Shown: positions 1-9,123 of the stretch, piece by piece
How positions within the stretch are numbered: position 1 is the stretch's first letter
Layout: every line of letters begins with the position of its first letter
Assembly: GCA_001717005.1 (NCBI GenBank)
Contig: MAGS01000019.1
Coordinates: 14,978 to 38,977, forward strand
Length of the DNA stretch: 24,000 bases
From: Candidatus Methanomethylicus mesodigestus
GTDB lineage: Archaea; Thermoproteota; Methanomethylicia; Methanomethylicales; Methanomethylicaceae
Reading direction: 5' to 3'
Made by a program: the position numbers and the translations under genes
Notes under the pieces: generated by a model
The model's database searches: none
What the model was told of the DNA's origin: nothing
Seen by the model: the letters and a program-made list of their open reading frames with translations, nothing else

Positions 1-2
1 CC

Positions 3-146
3 CTCGTGATGATCTTCGTGGGTCTGCTGATAGTCCGGCTTGACCTGGCGGCGGTCGGTTTCTTCTTCTTCATGCTCCTTCCGTTCACCAGCAATGCGCT
101 GGCAAATTCTTACTACTATACCTACCAAGGGAGGGCAAACAAATGA
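3..146 (+). CDS. C-terminal end of MrpG/MbhC/EhbC-like antiporter subunit (partial at window start)
   Basis: Open frame from the window edge: LVMIFVGLLIVRLDLAAVGFFFFMLLPFTSNALANSYYYTYQGRANK*. The 'PFTSNALANSYY' end resembles the MrpG 'nPvsaHalaraay' motif, and it sits upstream of an MbhD-like gene with a 4-nt overlap. Confidence 0.55.
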   Translation, partial: LVMIFVGLLIVRLDLAAVGFFFFMLLPFTSNALANSYYYTYQGRANK

Positions 147-397
147 TCGACGCATTCATGGTCATAGCATATGTGATGGTTATAGGCATAGCAATCGGCG
201 CCGTCGCCGCATTGCTCCAGAAGGACCTTCTGAGGGCCGCCTTCCTGAGCGGCGCCGAAAGCATCGCACTGGCTTTCCTCTTCCAGGCGCTACTGGCGCC
301 GGACCTCGGCCTCACTCAGGCCATCGTTGCAACGGTGCTCATGCCCGGCATAATCATCATTGGGATATTCAAGACGCGGAGGCATGAGGAAGAATGA
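143..397 (+). CDS. ehbD: MbhD/EhbD-like small membrane subunit (DUF4040-type, MrpB/MrpA-related)
   Basis: 84 aa hydrophobic; 'ESIALAFLFQALLAPDLGLTQAIVATVLMPGIIIIGIF' matches the family pattern 'aPDvalTeA.v'. Position between C-like and G-like subunits. Confidence 0.65.
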   Translation: MIDAFMVIAYVMVIGIAIGAVAALLQKDLLRAAFLSGAESIALAFLFQALLAPDLGLTQAIVATVLMPGIIIIGIFKTRRHEEE

Positions 398-768
398 TCG
401 AACTCAATCTGCAGTTCCTTAGCTTCATGGCTGCAGCGGTGCTTGTGGTTATCGGGCTGGGAGGCATGCTGTTCCTTGATAACCTGATAAAAAAGATAAT
501 CGCATTTACGCTGCTCTCCGACGGCGTCAACCTCGCTCTGGTAACCCTTGGTTACGTGGAGGGCGGGATAGTTTCGATACTCGAGCCAGGAACTTCCGGC
601 GCGGCATTCCCAACCAACGCCGTGTTGATCTTCGGGCCCGGCATTGTCCTGACCAACATCGTCATCGGAGTCAGCACGACCGCAGTGCTCGTTGCGGTGA
701 CGATGGTCCTTTACCAGAGGTATGGCACGCTTAAGGCGTCCAAGGTACTCAAGGGTGAGCGCAAATGA
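394..768 (+). CDS. ehbE: MrpC/NuoK-like subunit (MbhG/EhbE-like)
   Basis: NuoK/MrpC pattern 'LIKKIIAFTLLSDGVNLALV...' and 'LTNIVIGVSTTAVLVAVTMVLYQRYGT'; overlaps neighbours by 4 nt. Confidence 0.7.
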   Translation: MIELNLQFLSFMAAAVLVVIGLGGMLFLDNLIKKIIAFTLLSDGVNLALVTLGYVEGGIVSILEPGTSGAAFPTNAVLIFGPGIVLTNIVIGVSTTAVLVAVTMVLYQRYGTLKASKVLKGERK

Positions 769-2276
769 ACGAGTCCATATCAAACCTCTGGTCAATACCT
801 CTCTTCATAATCATCCCCATATTGGCTGCTATTCTGCTCAACGTCCTTTACAGTCGGAAGCGCGCGATAAGCGTGACCGCCGTCGTCTCCTCGCTGGCTC
901 TCATCGTTGTAAGTGTCTTGTCCCCATTCGGATTCCACTGGTTCACAGGGCAGCCTGCCGTCCTGCCTACCGGCGGATACACCTACAGGGCAGACCTGCT
1001 TGGCTGGAACCTCGCGTTAGAATATTACTATGGTCCCCTTCAGCAGATAGCCATCTTCCTCGCATCTGTGCTCCTGCTGTTCGTAGTCCTGATCGCGATA
1101 AACTCGCTCAAGAAGAACACCGGGACGTACATCTCGCTGCTATTCCTCACCTTCATGTCTGCTGCAATAGTCATAATGGTGAACGACTTCTATCACCTTT
1201 GGATCGGTGTAGAGATCGGTAGCCTGATAGTTGCAGGCGTGGTTCTGGCAACCGGAGAAGCCGTCAGCCAGAAGGCTGCGCTGAAGTATACCTTCTTCTC
1301 AGCCTTGAGCGGCGCCGGGCTGGCCATTGCCCTCGCCCTGATCTTGGGCGTCACCGGGTATGCAAACATCTCCGACGCGATAATCGCTATGCCGCTCAAC
1401 GACGCCTCGCTGGCAAGCGTCCTGTATGTCGCATTCGGCTTCACCGTCCTCTCTTGGATATACGCAGGCGGGCTCGCGCCGATTCATCCGCTGAAGGCTG
1501 ATGTATACGGCTCTGCATTCCCGCACGCAACCATCCTCCTGCAGACGCAGTCAAAGCTCATGCTAGTGGCGATCGGTCTCGTCATTCTCAGGCTCTTCGG
1601 CACTCTCCCGTTTGCGAAGGAGGTCATGCTCTCCGTGAGCGTCCTCACTATGATGATCGGCGTAGTCATGGCGATGCTACAGACTGACTTCAGATGGACG
1701 CTGGCCTACTTGATAGTGAGCCACAGCGGGCTGGTGACCTTGGGGATCTCTCTTGGGACAGTTCAGGGCATAATCGGCGGACTCTTCCAGGCCGTCAATG
1801 ACGTGGTCTACATGAGCGTCCTGCTGCTGGCATGCGAGGGGATCTACTACTTCGGTCGCGGGACTTCCATAAAGACCGTCAGCGGCATAGCTAAGCGTGC
1901 GCCATGGCTTGCTGTGGCTGCAATAATTGGCGCGTTCGCCGCATCAGGGGTGCCGCCATTCAACGGCTTCCAGAGCGAGATCATACTGATACAGGCGTCG
2001 CTCAACTATGGCATGCCTGAGCTGGCAATCGTGGTGTTGATGGTCAGCGTCACGACCTTCATTGCACTCTTCAAGGGCATCTACAACATATTCTTGAGGC
2101 CGGACGACGCTCCACAGGCGGGCGAGAAGCAGGGCATGCCTGTCCCGAGGATGCTTTACGTTTGCCTTGCCGCCCTGATCTTTATCACGATACTCTTCGG
2201 AGTATATCCGCAGCTAGCAATCAACTTCCTGAATGAGGCAGCACTTAAGGTGGTGTATATCCCGTGGGTTCCATAG
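765..2276 (+). CDS. ehbF: Proton/sodium antiporter-like subunit (MrpD/NuoN/MbhH/EhbF family)
   Basis: 503 aa polytopic; 'GGLAPIHPLKADVYGSAFPHATILLQTQSKLMLVAIGLVILRLF', 'SGVPPFNGFQSE' are family hallmarks. Confidence 0.85.
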   Translation: MNESISNLWSIPLFIIIPILAAILLNVLYSRKRAISVTAVVSSLALIVVSVLSPFGFHWFTGQPAVLPTGGYTYRADLLGWNLALEYYYGPLQQIAIFLASVLLLFVVLIAINSLKKNTGTYISLLFLTFMSAAIVIMVNDFYHLWIGVEIGSLIVAGVVLATGEAVSQKAALKYTFFSALSGAGLAIALALILGVTGYANISDAIIAMPLNDASLASVLYVAFGFTVLSWIYAGGLAPIHPLKADVYGSAFPHATILLQTQSKLMLVAIGLVILRLFGTLPFAKEVMLSVSVLTMMIGVVMAMLQTDFRWTLAYLIVSHSGLVTLGISLGTVQGIIGGLFQAVNDVVYMSVLLLACEGIYYFGRGTSIKTVSGIAKRAPWLAVAAIIGAFAASGVPPFNGFQSEIILIQASLNYGMPELAIVVLMVSVTTFIALFKGIYNIFLRPDDAPQAGEKQGMPVPRMLYVCLAALIFITILFGVYPQLAINFLNEAALKVVYIPWVP

Positions 2277-2587
2277 ACAGCTTGTATGATAAAGTGAAGC
2301 GGTTCGTAATCGAATTTACGTCAGGCAAGGGCACGTCAAGTGCCATGACCGGGTACATGACTGGCGAGCTACAGACCGTTGCATTTATCATGATCTTGGC
2401 GTCGTTCTTCAGGATCTTCTCTGTGCCTCTCGGGATTGTCTTGCTGGCAGCCGTGGTCGGCGCGCTCTTCTTCTTCGGCCCTATGATAAAAGCCATGGAG
2501 AGGGAGAACAGCAGCGGTCTGAACAGGGTCCTCTTCTGGGTCATGATTTACTTTGCCGTGATAATAGCCGTTACTCTTTGGGGCTGA
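2264..2587 (+). CDS. ehbG: MbhI/EhbG-like small membrane subunit
   Basis: 107 aa, amphipathic N-terminus followed by 2-3 TM segments; position immediately after the antiporter-like subunit matches Mbh/Ehb gene order. Confidence 0.5.
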   Translation: MGSIDSLYDKVKRFVIEFTSGKGTSSAMTGYMTGELQTVAFIMILASFFRIFSVPLGIVLLAAVVGALFFFGPMIKAMERENSSGLNRVLFWVMIYFAVIIAVTLWG

Positions 2588-2593
2588 TATAGC

Positions 2594-3469
2594 ATGGAAA
2601 GCAAAGCACTTAAAGGATCAAGGGGAATAATCGCCGTCATCGCATTGATGATCATATTCGTAGGGGTCTCCACCTCGCTTCTGCAACTCAACGGGAACGT
2701 GGCACGAGGCATAAGCCCCGAATACAACGCGCTAGCCCCATATGAGGCGCCCAACAACCTGGCGAGTTGGGTCTACGACTACCGCGGCTTCGACACGCTC
2801 ATTGAGACGGGCGTGATATACGTAGGCGCACTTGTCTCCGTCCTTGCCATAGGCAGGGGGATCGTACGCACAAAGGGCGTCGCAGAAGAAGCGCCGGTGG
2901 CACAGTCTAGCATGGATTTCCACGTATCCTCCCTTAACGTCATACTCAAGTACTTCGGCATCCCGGTGATCATCCTCATCGTCGCATACTCGCTGCTCGT
3001 GCTTACTGGCGCCGCGACCTCTGGAGGCGGAGGATTCCAGTGCGGAGTTATCTTCTCGTCCGCATTCCTTCTAGGGATGATATTCTATGGGAAGAAGAAC
3101 CCGCTCAATCTCAGCAAGAAGTTTCTCATAGGGATCGGCGGCTTTGGCTGGGCGCTGTATGCGCTGCTAGGGCTTCCGGGATACCTGGTTACGGGATACT
3201 GGCAGTACAATGTGGGCGCTGACCTCTGGTCATCCGGCCTGATCTCGGGCGTCAGCGGCATGTCTGCGGTCGTCCCGGACATCATGCGCCAGATATTCGG
3301 CGACCCGTTCAGGATTCTCCTTGTTCTGTCCGACGGCACCTACGCCTCTACGGCGGGCATAGTGCCGCTGATCAATATCGGCGAGGCATTCAACGTGATC
3401 GGCGCCATCGGTTTGATCTTCTTGGTGTTTGCTTACGGCTATACTGACGAGGAGGGCAAATCCAAATGA
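2594..3469 (+). CDS. Fused MbhE-MbhF/MrpB-like membrane subunit (EhbH/I-like)
   Basis: 'VYDYRGFDTLIETGVIYVGALVSVLAIGR' resembles the MbhE motif; 'TGAATSGGGGFQCGVIFSSAFLLG' resembles MrpB/MbhF 'GGGFQGG'. Both lie in one 291-aa protein. Confidence 0.7.
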   Translation: MESKALKGSRGIIAVIALMIIFVGVSTSLLQLNGNVARGISPEYNALAPYEAPNNLASWVYDYRGFDTLIETGVIYVGALVSVLAIGRGIVRTKGVAEEAPVAQSSMDFHVSSLNVILKYFGIPVIILIVAYSLLVLTGAATSGGGGFQCGVIFSSAFLLGMIFYGKKNPLNLSKKFLIGIGGFGWALYALLGLPGYLVTGYWQYNVGADLWSSGLISGVSGMSAVVPDIMRQIFGDPFRILLVLSDGTYASTAGIVPLINIGEAFNVIGAIGLIFLVFAYGYTDEEGKSK

Positions 3470-3756
3470 TCGAGTTACAGCTCTTCCCTGCTCTCGCCGG
3501 CGAGGTCACCCCCATAGTGGTCGCATTCGTGTTGGGCATCCTCTTCGGCACACAGTTGCAGGGCAAGATATCCAAGCGCATGATTGGCCTGATCATAGGT
3601 CTAAGCATAATCGCTGCGGTCCTCTTCGAGGCGCCCATATTCACATGGAGCCTCTTGGCAGGCTTCATAAGCGAGCACATCAGCATCTCCGTGGCATTCG
3701 TGGCCGCCACAATCGGAATGTTCGTCGGAAAGGCGTTCAGGGGAGGGCGTGAATGA
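3466..3756 (+). CDS. ehbJ: EhbJ-like small membrane protein
   Basis: 96 aa, glycine-rich TM segments; position between MrpB-like and polyferredoxin genes as in Ehb clusters. Confidence 0.45.
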   Translation: MIELQLFPALAGEVTPIVVAFVLGILFGTQLQGKISKRMIGLIIGLSIIAAVLFEAPIFTWSLLAGFISEHISISVAFVAATIGMFVGKAFRGGRE

Positions 3757-3757
3757 G

Positions 3758-4198
3758 ATGTACTTGACGACAAGTGCCTGCACCAAGTGCGCAAAATGCT
3801 GGGAGGTCTGCCCAACTGATTGCATAAAGCATCCTGATGGCATACCATTCAGCTGCACGACTTGCGGCATCTGCGCTTCTGTCTGCCCCACGACAGCGAT
3901 AAGGAAGAACCGCTTCGGCGGCTACTACGTCGACAGGTCAAGGTGCACGCGCTGCGGGATGTGCGTAAAGCACTGCCCGTTCACATTTGCGAAGATCGTG
4001 AATGACAGGGTAAGAGGCATCTGCATCAGGTGCGGCAAATGCGTGGATGTCTGCCCAGTCAATGCGCGCATCGACATACTCAAGTCCGTCAAGCAGCCCA
4101 TCGACTATGCCGTGCTGCTCGAGGTTGCAACCCCTGAGCGACTCAAGGCGATCATCGAGGGCAAGCCGATAGAGATCAAAGCGGAGGCAACAAAATGA
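3758..4198 (+). CDS. 4x[4Fe-4S] ferredoxin-type protein (EhbK-like)
   Basis: Four CxxCxxCxxxCP motifs: CTKCAKCWEVCP, CTTCGICASVCP, CTRCGMCVKHCP, CIRCGKCVDVCP. Alternative GTG start at 3749. Confidence 0.85.
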   Translation: MYLTTSACTKCAKCWEVCPTDCIKHPDGIPFSCTTCGICASVCPTTAIRKNRFGGYYVDRSRCTRCGMCVKHCPFTFAKIVNDRVRGICIRCGKCVDVCPVNARIDILKSVKQPIDYAVLLEVATPERLKAIIEGKPIEIKAEATK

Positions 4199-5340
4199 CA
4201 GCGACTCAACCCGCAGCAACTGTCGCTCCTGCATCTGCGCCAGCTCCAGCGCCAGCAGCGGCACCGACGCCAGCACCGGCCCCTGCGCCAATCACCAAAG
4301 TTTCAAAGCGCAAGATCTACAGGGACATGTCAAAATGCATGCTCTGCGGAAGGTGCCGGAACATCTGCCCGACAAGCGCGATCAAGCTAGCCACAGATGA
4401 GAAGGGCGTTTGCACCAACTGCAACCTCTGCGCCGAGGTCTGCCCTGTAAAGGCAATCGACTCCTTCGAGGGCAAGATAAAGCCGGAGGAGATCGGGCTG
4501 CACTACACCAAGATGCAGTCCTACAATGACCGCAAGATCAAGATCAACTGCGTGAACTGCATGGAGTGCTACGAGCAATGCCCGGCTAACGCGATATACT
4601 ATGAGGAGGGCAAGCTGCTCATAAAGAAGGGCGACGCCGGGGCATCCATAATCAACTGCTCGCTCTGCTCCCTCTGCGCGAGGGCGTGCCCGACGAATGC
4701 GCTGAAGTTCGAGCTCAACCGGATAAAGCTCATACCTGACTTCTGTGTCCTGTGCGGGGAGTGCGTGAGGGTCTGCCCGACGCAGACCATGCGCCTCAAG
4801 GACCGATACCCTGAGGGCGCATGCGTCATGTGCGGAAGGTGCGTGAAGTCTTGCCCGGTAGGCGCGCTCTCCATCAAGCCTGTCTCTTGGAACGGGTCGA
4901 TCGAAGATGGCTGCATAAGGTGCGGGACCTGCAGCAAGGCCTGCCCCACATCTGCAATCACGTTCGATCCCACGACCATGGACAAGCCCGAGGTGGACCT
5001 CTCGAAGTGCATACTCTGCGAGATATGCGCGGCTGACTGCCCTGTCGACGCCATCAAGATCAAGTGCAATTTGCCTGAGAGGAAGCTGGAGAAGCACTCC
5101 ATAAAGATCAACCAGAGCCTCTGCGTGGGCTGCGGCCTATGCGTCGATGCCTGCAAGATCACCCTGAAGGGCGACCCTGCCATGTCCCTGAAGGACGGTC
5201 TGGCACAGGTCAATGAAATGAAGTGCATCGGGTGCGGCGCATGCGCCACCACCTGCCCTGCTGAGTGCATTAGGGTGGTCAAGATCTATGACAAGAAACG
5301 AGTGGCCGGACAGGCCAGCGATGTGGTGATACTGCCATGA
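4195..5340 (+). CDS. ehbK: Polyferredoxin with ten [4Fe-4S] motifs and Ala/Pro-rich N-terminus (EhbK-like)
   Basis: Ten CxxCxxCxxxC motifs counted in the 381-aa translation, nine ending CP and one ending CK; N-terminus TATQPAATVAPASAPAPAPAAAPTPAPAPAPITK. Confidence 0.88.
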   Translation: MTATQPAATVAPASAPAPAPAAAPTPAPAPAPITKVSKRKIYRDMSKCMLCGRCRNICPTSAIKLATDEKGVCTNCNLCAEVCPVKAIDSFEGKIKPEEIGLHYTKMQSYNDRKIKINCVNCMECYEQCPANAIYYEEGKLLIKKGDAGASIINCSLCSLCARACPTNALKFELNRIKLIPDFCVLCGECVRVCPTQTMRLKDRYPEGACVMCGRCVKSCPVGALSIKPVSWNGSIEDGCIRCGTCSKACPTSAITFDPTTMDKPEVDLSKCILCEICAADCPVDAIKIKCNLPERKLEKHSIKINQSLCVGCGLCVDACKITLKGDPAMSLKDGLAQVNEMKCIGCGACATTCPAECIRVVKIYDKKRVAGQASDVVILP

Positions 5341-5831
5341 TTACCTTCCTGAGACTGATGTTGACCGGCGCGTACACGAACGCCCTGAGGATACTCGCAA
5401 AGGACGACCGCGCCACTAGCATGTCCATAAGGAACAGCATCCTTACCCTGAGCGTACAGCCAACGCCGACCGTGCTCGATGAGATGTGCATAGGCTGCGG
5501 CGGCTGCTACAACGTCTGCCCCACGAAGGCAATCGAGATGGTCAAGCTTGAAACCCCTGTGGAGGTGGTGGAGGGATACATGAAGGAGCAGGTCCCAAGG
5601 ATAGACCTGCTGAAGTGCATCTACTGCCTCAACTGCCACGACACCTGCCCGATCTACTCGATATTCGGCGAGGCAGCCCCGATCCACGCAAGGGACGTAG
5701 GGATGCCCCGCATGACCCTGCAGGAGGTCCTCAAGAAGCCCGTGAAGGCCCCTCCAGAGACGATAGCCGAGCTGAGCAAGCTGATACCCTCATCAACAAT
5801 CTCTATCATAACAGGAGGCAAGAAAGAGTGA
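5337..5831 (+). CDS. ehbL: 2x[4Fe-4S] ferredoxin subunit (EhbL/NuoI-like)
   Basis: [12 protein letters not shown] and [12 protein letters not shown] motifs; immediately upstream of the hydrogenase small subunit. Confidence 0.75.
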   Translation: MITFLRLMLTGAYTNALRILAKDDRATSMSIRNSILTLSVQPTPTVLDEMCIGCGGCYNVCPTKAIEMVKLETPVEVVEGYMKEQVPRIDLLKCIYCLNCHDTCPIYSIFGEAAPIHARDVGMPRMTLQEVLKKPVKAPPETIAELSKLIPSSTISIITGGKKE

Positions 5832-6277
5832 CGCTGAAGTCAACTTCCAGGAAGAAAGCCATACACGTTATGCTCTGCTACACCGGCGGGTGCAACGGCT
5901 GCGACATAGAAGTGGTCAATGCGCTCCTGTCGCCCCGATACGACCTCGAGCAGTATGGCGTCATGCTGACCTGGAACCCGAGGGAAGCCGACGTCCTGAT
6001 AGTCTCGGGCGTGGTCTCATGGCAGATGCTCGAGCCGCTCAAGAAGATTTACTCGCTCATACCCGAACCGAAGGCCGTCGTCGCCGTTGGCGCATGCGCG
6101 TGCAACGGCAACGTCTACAAGAACCTGGTCGGGGACATCAAGGTAAACGAGGATGTGTATGCCCCGGTCGAAAGCGTGATACCTGTCGACGTGAAGGTGC
6201 CAGGCTGCGCACCTCGCCCGGAGGAGATAATCCAAGGCGCAGTAAAGGGTCTGCCAAAGCTTATGGGGGCTCCATAA
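5828..6277 (+). CDS. ehbM: [NiFe] hydrogenase group 4 small subunit (EhbM/NuoB-like)
   Basis: '[30 protein letters not shown]', '[11 protein letters not shown]', '[11 protein letters not shown]' give the proximal-cluster cysteines. GTG start at 5828; the listed ORF 5615-6277 overextends upstream. Confidence 0.88.
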   Translation: MTLKSTSRKKAIHVMLCYTGGCNGCDIEVVNALLSPRYDLEQYGVMLTWNPREADVLIVSGVVSWQMLEPLKKIYSLIPEPKAVVAVGACACNGNVYKNLVGDIKVNEDVYAPVESVIPVDVKVPGCAPRPEEIIQGAVKGLPKLMGAP

Positions 6278-6278
6278 A

Positions 6279-7460
6279 ATGACAGAAGCAAACAATGAAA
6301 AAATGATCGAAAAAGAGCTCTCTTTCGGGCCGGTCCATCCGGCGCTGATTGAACCTTACCGGATAAGGCTCTTCGTTAACGACGAGATTGTTGAGGACTG
6401 CGAGATAAACATAAACATGGCCTACCGTGGCATGGAGAAGCTCTTCGATGGTCTCCCTGTCGAGAAGGCGCTGCTGATCGCTGAGCGCGTCTGCGGCATC
6501 TGCTCGCACGTGCACGCTTGGAACGCAGTGAGGGTCATAGAATGCGGACTGGGGATAGAGGTGCCGCCTAGGGCCGACTACATACGCGTGCTCGTTCAGG
6601 AATTCCAGCGCATAACGAGCCACCTGATATTCTTCGGGCATGCATTCGAGGTGGTGGGGCACGAGACCCTCGCCATGCGCGCACTCCTGCTCAGGGAGCA
6701 GTTCATGGACCTTATGCAGTATGTTGGAGGCAACCGTGTCATGCCGTCCGTCCCTATCATCGGCGGCATAAGGCCGAGGGCGGATCTGACCGACAGCCTG
6801 AAGAAGACCATACTGGAGCGCTGCGATGCATTCGAGGCGAAGTATGCCCAGTACGTGCAGAGGATACTCGACGACCCTCTGGTCATCTCAAGGGTAAACG
6901 GCATAGGCCTGCTCACGAAAGAGGATGCGATAAAGTACCACGCGACCGGCCCTACCGGGCGCGCATCAGGATGGAGGTATGACCTCAGGACCGAAATGAA
7001 GGAATACAAGCCCTTCGACTTCAATGTCATAGTTCTCGATGGATGCGACACTAAGGATAGGGTCGTCGACCGCGCACTTGAGGTGCTTGAGAGTCTGAAG
7101 ATTATCCATCAGGTCGTAAAGAACCTGCCTGATGGCCCGGTTGTGAACCGGAATTGGGTCGCGAAGGAGATGCCCTTCACTACAGCCTACCTCGAAACCT
7201 ACCGCGGGGAGGTCATGCACACATACGGCCTGGATCACCAGGGTCTAGTGCGGAACTATCAGATACGCACGCCAACGATAACCAACCTAGCCGCGATGGA
7301 GCATGCCTGCGTGGGCGACCACGTGACCGAGGCAATACTCACGATTGCGAGCTGCGATCCATGCCTGACCTGCTGCACAAGGACGGAGGTCGTGGATTCC
7401 GGAAAGCGCCGAACCATGACTGATTATGAGATCGTAAGAAAGTATGGGTGGAGGAAATGA
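6279..7460 (+). CDS. ehbN: [NiFe] hydrogenase group 4 large subunit (EhbN-like)
   Basis: L1 'ERVCGICSHVH' and L2 'CDPCLTCCTR' NiFe ligand motifs; N-terminal 'FGPVHPALIEP' and 'MAYRGMEK'. Confidence 0.93.
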   Translation: MTEANNEKMIEKELSFGPVHPALIEPYRIRLFVNDEIVEDCEININMAYRGMEKLFDGLPVEKALLIAERVCGICSHVHAWNAVRVIECGLGIEVPPRADYIRVLVQEFQRITSHLIFFGHAFEVVGHETLAMRALLLREQFMDLMQYVGGNRVMPSVPIIGGIRPRADLTDSLKKTILERCDAFEAKYAQYVQRILDDPLVISRVNGIGLLTKEDAIKYHATGPTGRASGWRYDLRTEMKEYKPFDFNVIVLDGCDTKDRVVDRALEVLESLKIIHQVVKNLPDGPVVNRNWVAKEMPFTTAYLETYRGEVMHTYGLDHQGLVRNYQIRTPTITNLAAMEHACVGDHVTEAILTIASCDPCLTCCTRTEVVDSGKRRTMTDYEIVRKYGWRK

Positions 7461-7462
7461 CA

Positions 7463-8512
7463 ATGGACGCAACCATCCTCTTCTTGGCCCAGCTGATCGT
7501 CTCTTCCGTCATAGCGCTCGCGATCGCAACGCTCTACTCGCTGGTGCTTCCGGGAATCGAGCGGAAGATCCAGGCAAGGATACAGCAGCGCGTCGGTCCT
7601 CCGATACTCATGCCCGGCTTCTGGTCAGTGATCAAGTTCATGTACAAGGCGAGGACTGAGCCGATCGCTCAGATGCCCCGGTTCTACAAGTTCCTGATCG
7701 GCTTCGGTGTCGGGGTCGTCTCCCTGCTCTTCCTCTTCAATACGCCTTACTGGTGGTTCATGCTCGGGTGGGGCAGCATCTTGGGGATTGCCGGGATGCT
7801 GAAACTCGAGGAGGTCATTTATGTCTTCATGGGATCGCAGTCCCAGTCCATCATGTCGACCTCAATGCCCGTCCCGGACACCGTCAGGGGGTCCAAGTGG
7901 CCGAACATCCGCAGGGAGTTCAACGAGCAGCACAGCGCCGAGAGATCCCTCAAGATGATGCTGATAGGGTCCCTCCCGCTCTATCTGGCGCTCCTCGTCC
8001 CGTTCATAGTGGCGCAGAGCGTGAACATCGGCTCCGTCGTCGTGACCCAGAACCCTGCCTACTCCCCGTTCAACTCTTGGCTATCCTTCTCGCTGCCAAC
8101 CAGCCCCATACTCTTCACCGTCCCCGGCTTCATTGCAGCCATCGTATACTTCTTGGGATTCGTCGTGATGCTCAACGAGAAGCCCTTCACCATACTCAAG
8201 GCAAAGATCGACATGATCGAGGGAGGCGTTCTGGAGTACGCCGCCAACCTCAGGGCAGGATATTACCTGATGCGCAACCTGCTCATGTTCGCGCTGTCCA
8301 GCATATTCGTTACCCTCTTCCTTGGGATACCCTTCGACCCATTCATGCCCGCCATGTTCCTGATGAATATGGTCTTGAGCCTGATGCTGCCCATCGCCCT
8401 CTCTGTGCTCGTCGCGTTCTCGCCGATATTCACATTCAGGCAGATCTATCCGACCGCGATAGGGCTCTCTGCCCTTGGAGTGCTTGCAATGATACTTGCG
8501 CTCAGCATATGA
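7463..8512 (+). CDS. ehbO: NuoH/EchB-like membrane anchor subunit (EhbO)
   Basis: 'GIERKIQARIQQRVGPPILMPGFWSVIKFMYK' and multiple TM helices. Start chosen at the ATG after GGAGG; alternatives 7448 (GTG) and 7457 (ATG). Confidence 0.88.
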   Translation: MDATILFLAQLIVSSVIALAIATLYSLVLPGIERKIQARIQQRVGPPILMPGFWSVIKFMYKARTEPIAQMPRFYKFLIGFGVGVVSLLFLFNTPYWWFMLGWGSILGIAGMLKLEEVIYVFMGSQSQSIMSTSMPVPDTVRGSKWPNIRREFNEQHSAERSLKMMLIGSLPLYLALLVPFIVAQSVNIGSVVVTQNPAYSPFNSWLSFSLPTSPILFTVPGFIAAIVYFLGFVVMLNEKPFTILKAKIDMIEGGVLEYAANLRAGYYLMRNLLMFALSSIFVTLFLGIPFDPFMPAMFLMNMVLSLMLPIALSVLVAFSPIFTFRQIYPTAIGLSALGVLAMILALSI

Positions 8513-8528
8513 TTGGTGGTTTGACAAT

Positions 8529-8792
8529 ATGCCAAGAATCGCAATAAGACCAAAAGCCGTGATTAACTTGGGAGGGTGGGTATGCGAACGCAAGCTGACC
8601 ATCCCCTACCGCGATTACGTTATAGGCAACCCGTTCGATGAGCCGGTGAAGATATCCTCGCCGATCTATACTATGGATGACATCAAAGCCATCGAAGACT
8701 TGGGGCTTATCGTTGAGCCGGTAGCCGCAACTGATCGGCTCGTGGACAAGCTGAACAAGGTGAAGGCATTAATCGAGACCAACTTGGCATGA
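8529..8792 (+). CDS. ehbP: Small soluble protein, EhbP-like by position
   Basis: 87 aa MPRIAIRPKAVINLGGWVCERKLTIPYRDYVIGNP...; follows the NuoH-like gene as ehbP does in Ehb operons. Confidence 0.5.
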   Translation: MPRIAIRPKAVINLGGWVCERKLTIPYRDYVIGNPFDEPVKISSPIYTMDDIKAIEDLGLIVEPVAATDRLVDKLNKVKALIETNLA

Positions 8793-8823
8793 TGCTCTTT
8801 TGAGCGGCTACGGGGGATTCCAG

Positions 8824-9123
8824 ATGCGGATCATCTTTGTCGGAAGCACCTTGCTTGCGGATGGCTACAGGATGGCTGGCGTGGAGCCCGTACCGGTAGC
8901 TACGCCCGACGAGATGCTGAGCGAGATCCAGCCCCTGTTGAGGCGCGAGGACGCCGGAATCATTCTTCTGGATTACGATTTCTCATCAAAGATCAAGGGC
9001 GATCTCGATAAACTACGGTCAAAGCGCGCGATGCCAATCCTCGTTGAAGTCCCGGGGAGGCATCTGTCCGCCGAGGTCGACCTAAAATCCACATTAAGCA
9101 AGATAATGGGTGTGAAGATGTGA
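8824..9123 (+). CDS. atpF: A-type ATP synthase subunit F
   Basis: 99 aa, 'MRIIFVGSTLLADGYRMAGVEP... EDAGIILLDYDFSSKI... PILVEVPG'; ATG preceded by GGGGGA. The listed start (8800, TTG) is less likely. Confidence 0.8.
   Translation: MRIIFVGSTLLADGYRMAGVEPVPVATPDEMLSEIQPLLRREDAGIILLDYDFSSKIKGDLDKLRSKRAMPILVEVPGRHLSAEVDLKSTLSKIMGVKM

Noticed and set aside
4201-4300. gcn-ccn repeat considered as a mobile or CRISPR-like repeat
   Set aside because: It is an in-frame Ala/Pro codon repeat with no spacers, fixed unit structure, or terminal features.
4387-5282. Long minus-strand ORFs (236 and 227 aa) antisense to the polyferredoxin
   Set aside because: Opposite strand of a gene with ten CxxCxxCxxxC repeats; the antisense His/Ala/Leu-rich proteins are a by-product of the repeated cysteine motifs.
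5890-6282. 130-aa plus-strand ORF
   Set aside because: Overlaps the hydrogenase small subunit out of frame; the correct frame (5828-6277) contains all expected cysteine motifs.
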